A DNA stretch of 64,000 nt, taken from the NCBI GenBank assembly GCA_051313645.2, contig JBNRSN020000005.1:156426001-156490000 (forward strand), in the 5' to 3' direction. Under the pieces are notes generated by a model that did no database searches, was not told the DNA's origin, and worked only from the letters and a program-made list of their open reading frames with translations. Positions within the stretch are counted from its first letter, which is position 1, and every line of letters starts with the position of its first letter. Origin of the DNA: Centroscyllium fabricii. Its lineage: Eukaryota. Positions 60,487 through 64,000 of this stretch are shown here, piece by piece. A program made the position numbers and the translations under genes.

Positions 60487-61990
60487 GTCTGCCGTTGCTT
60501 GGTTGGCAGCACTCTCGTGTCTGAGTCAGAAGGTCGTGGGTTCAAGTCCCACTCCAGAGACTTGAGCACAAAAATCTAGGCTGACACCCCAGTGCAGTGC
60601 TGAGGGAACGCTGCACTCAGAGGTGCCTTCTTTCGGATGAAACATCAAAACCAAGCCCTCTCAGGTGGACGCAAAAGATCCCATCGCACTATTTCGAAGA
60701 ATGAGCAGTGGAGTTGGAATAAACGGGTGTTTTTCCGAGTGGCAGGCAGTGACTCGTGGGGTACTGCAGGGATCGGTGCTAGGACCCCAGCTATTAACAA
60801 TATATATTAATGATCTAGACGAGGGAACTAGATGTAATATCTCCAAGTTTGCAGATGACACAAAGCTGGGTGGGCATGTGCTGTGAGGAGGATGCCGAGA
60901 AACTCCAGTATGATTTGGACAGGTTGGGTGATTGGGGAGAAGCATGGCAGATGCAATATAACATGGATAAATGCGAGGTTATCCACTTTGGTGGCAAAAA
61001 CAGGAAGACAGATTATTATTTGAACGGCAATAGATTGGGAGAAGGGGAAGTGCAACGAGACCTGGGTGTCCTTGTGCACCAGTCGCTGAAGGTAAGCATG
61101 CAGGTGCAGCAGGCGGTTAAGAAGGCAAATGGTTGGTTGGCCTTCATAGTGAGAGGGTTCGAGTACAGTAACAAGGATGTCTTGCTGCAGTTGTACAGGG
61201 CCTTGGTGAGACCACACCTTGAGTATTGTGTGCAGTTTTGGTCGCCTTATCTGAGGAAGGATGTTCTTGCCATGGAGAGAGTGCAGCGAAGATTCACCAG
61301 GCTGATACCTGGGATGGCAGGAATGACATATGAGGAGAGATTGGGTCGATTAGGCTTATATTCGCTAGAGTTTAGAAGAATGAGAGGGGATCTCATTGAA
61401 ACTTATAAAATTCTAATAGGACTGGACAGACTAGATGCCGGAAGGATGTTCCCGATGGCGGGGGAGTCCAGAACCAGGGGTCACAGCCTAAGGATAAGAG
61501 GCAGGCCATTTTGGACAGAGATAAGGAGGAATTTCTTCACCCAGGGAGTGGTGAACATGTGGAATTCTCTACCACAGAAGGCAGTTGAGGCCAGTTCATT
61601 AAATATATTCAAGAAGGAGTTAGATATATTTCTTAAGGCTAAAGGGATCAAGGGATATGAGGAGATGGCAGGGACAGGGTACTAAATTTGGATGATCAGC
61701 CATGATCTCATTGAATGGCGGAGCAGGCTCGAGGGGCCAAATGGCCTATTCCTGCTCCTATCTTCTATGTATCTATGTCCTGGCCAATATTGATCCCTCA
61801 ATCAACATCGCAAAAAACCCACATTATTTGGTCATTATCATGTTGCTGTTGGCGGGAGCTTGCTGAGGACAAATTGGCTGCTGCATTTCCTACATTACAA
61901 CAGTGACTGCACTTCAAAAGTACTTTGTTGGCTGTAAAACACTTTGGGCCATCCTGAGGTCATGAAAGGCGCTACAGAAAGGGAAGTACT
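60487..61990 (+). mobile_element. Deu-domain SINE split by a CR1
   Basis: B-box GGTTCAAGTCCC; body resumes at GTCCTGGCCAATAT, about 61777. Confidence 0.78.
60711..61777 (+). mobile_element. 5'-truncated CR1 LINE
   Basis: RT C-terminal ORF 60849-61685 and TCTATG tail. Confidence 0.92.
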
Positions 61991-62584
61991 TTGTTCGATC
62001 GTTTGTTCTTCTTGATCATCTTCATTTAAAAACCCTGGTTTTTTGGTTGTTGCAAACCAAAGATTTCATTGTGTTTTTGAACTGGTGAATTTAGCTGTGA
62101 TGCTCATTTGACTCATCTCCCCCATGTCCATTCAGAGGCTAACATCGTTGGCAGGGTTGGAGGGTGGGGGCGTGCGAGTGGTTAAAAGTCGGGGATCAAG
62201 TCCTCAATCAGCCGAGTATGCACCTGATGCCATTTTTTTATGGAGGTGGGCTGTGAGGAGAGCGAGTGTCCGTCTCAGAGAGGCGGAACGCTTCATCATC
62301 ATGTTTAAATCAGGCTCCCACAGTTCAATTGGGAAGCTAATGTACATTTAACAGCTGCTGGCCAAGTTTCTCAGGGCCTGGAAAACCTGTCTGCAAACCA
62401 GAGGCGGGAACAGCGGACCCCCTGCACTTAAGAGCTTTTTACAGCAATCCGTGTTGGCCAGGAGGAGCAGGAGTGCACCCCCCACCCCCGCAAACCTTCA
62501 GCCTCCCTTCTGCCAATCGCGGCCTCACTTCACAGTCGCAATCGGCTGGCCTCTTCTCCCCCCCCCCCCCACACCCATCCAAAC

Positions 62585-62890
62585 CCCGATCTATCCCCCC
62601 GTCCCTCTGACCCCCCCACACCAATCGCCGATCTCTCCCTCCGTCCCTCCCCCCCCATCATCGATCTCTCCCTCTGACCCCCCCATCGCCGATCTCTCCC
62701 TCCATCCCTCCCCCCGACACCAATCCCCGATCTCTCCCTCCGTCCCACCCCCCCAATCCCCGATCTCTCCCTCCGTCCCTCCCCCCCATCTCCGATCTCT
62801 CCCTCCGTCCCTCCTCCCCACACCAATCCCCGATCTATCCCTCCATCCCTCTGACCACCACCCCGCCCCCTGTCCAATGCCCGATCTCTC
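62585..62890. repeat. C-rich minisatellite with variable units of about 30 bp
   Basis: Core CCGATCTCTCCCTCCGTCCC followed by C-runs, about 10 units. Confidence 0.85.
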
Positions 62891-63458
62891 CTGATTGTAT
62901 GGGGACCGTCCCCAAAGATCCCCGACTGTGGCCTCCTACCACTGGGTCTCCAAAAGAAAATGATAATGAGGTCCTGTTGGGATTTCTGGGTGTCGCCCCC
63001 GCCCCACTCCCTCCCCGCCTCACTGTAAATATCGGGGCCCAGGTTTCAGTTCTTGGACACTGGCTGAAGTAGATGTGGTATCTGGTTTTTTTAAAATCTT
63101 TTTGTTGAGACACCCTCCCCACTTGGCTAGTTGGTACCTTGTTGAGACATTGGATATATTCGGATTAAGCGGGATGTTGTGTTTCGCTCTGCGGGCACTG
63201 GGACTTGGAGCCATTGAGGTGTTATGTGAACTGTTTTGAGTTTTCCTTCATAACAACAACAACTTGTATTCAACGTAGTAAAATGCCCCAGGGCGCTTCA
63301 CAGGAGCGTAATCAAATATTTGACACCGAGCCACATAAGGAGAGATTAGGTCTGGTAACCAAAAGCTTGGTCAAAGCGATAGGTTTTTAATGAGCAGCTT
63401 AAAGGCGGAGAGAGAGACAGGGAGGTTTAGGGAGGGAATCTGAGAACTTGGATGTTAT

Positions 63459-64000
63459 GGGGTAAATCTTCCCCGGGCCTTGACGGAAGGTTTTTCGGTG
63501 GGGTGGGACTCAAAATAGCAAAACCAGGGGTTCCCGGCTCTTCCCCTCTTCCCCCCGCCGGATCCCCGCCACTTTGCGATTTCCCGCCGCCGTATCTTCC
63601 CGCCCCGAATCTTTCCCACCCGCGACTGGCGGGAATGGTCATTAAGCTCCTTAAGCACCCTTAATTGGCATGTATAATACCATTTTAAGGAGCCCTTGTT
63701 ATTTTGCTGCGTTCCCCACCCATAACCCGCCAGCTTGAAACCCCGCCGGTGAAACCTGGCGGGGATACAATCGGCTTGCTGAGTATCAGCTGCAAGTCAA
63801 AGGATGACATGCAATCAGCTGCAGCAGAAGTCGCCCCTGGACAGCAGCCTGCAGGAGGGCTAACTGTATCCCCAGGGTGTACAATATCAGTGAGATTATA
63901 GCTTTTTATAAACTCACCTTGCTGCTTATTCTCATGTTTGACAGATAGCTCTGCAGGTGCTGTCAGTCAAAGGGCTGTGCTGCACTTCGCTTTGTAACGG
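63459..64000 (+). mobile_element. Left end of a second Harbinger-related element, probably running off the window
   Basis: Collinear similarity to 42845-43155 (AAAATAGCAAA, CGCCGGATCCCCGCC, CCCTTAATTGGCAT, GTGAAACCT, ACAATCGG..TGCTGAGTATC). Confidence 0.75.

Overview
Eukaryotic, repeat-saturated vertebrate DNA. HE1/V-SINEs, Deu-domain SINEs, CR1 and Penelope families point to a cartilaginous fish. I find no intact host gene, so the window is probably intronic or intergenic. It contains several CR1, L2 and Rex1/Babar LINE copies, three full-length Gypsy LTR retrotransposons, three solo LTRs, an inverted Penelope fragment with hammerhead-like cores, a full-length PIF/Harbinger transposon (decayed transposase, intact 3-exon Myb/SANT gene), Tigger-, hAT- and Harbinger-type MITEs, and an A-B-A-B-A tandem duplication with a 2947-bp period. 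Three observations stand out. (1) All three Gypsy elements lack a tRNA primer-binding site. Instead each has a 14-nt leader complementary to its own LTR poly(A)-signal segment, and the two partners co-vary across the three elements, suggesting self-priming and/or poly(A) occlusion. (2) A 2-kb hAT-type element carries genomic first exons resembling QKI and CENPW, like a Pack-MULE capture. (3) A 340-nt CR1-tailed retroposon begins exactly at a highly structured RNA-like domain. Family names come from motif recognition by eye, not database searches, and boundaries without TSD support are approximate.
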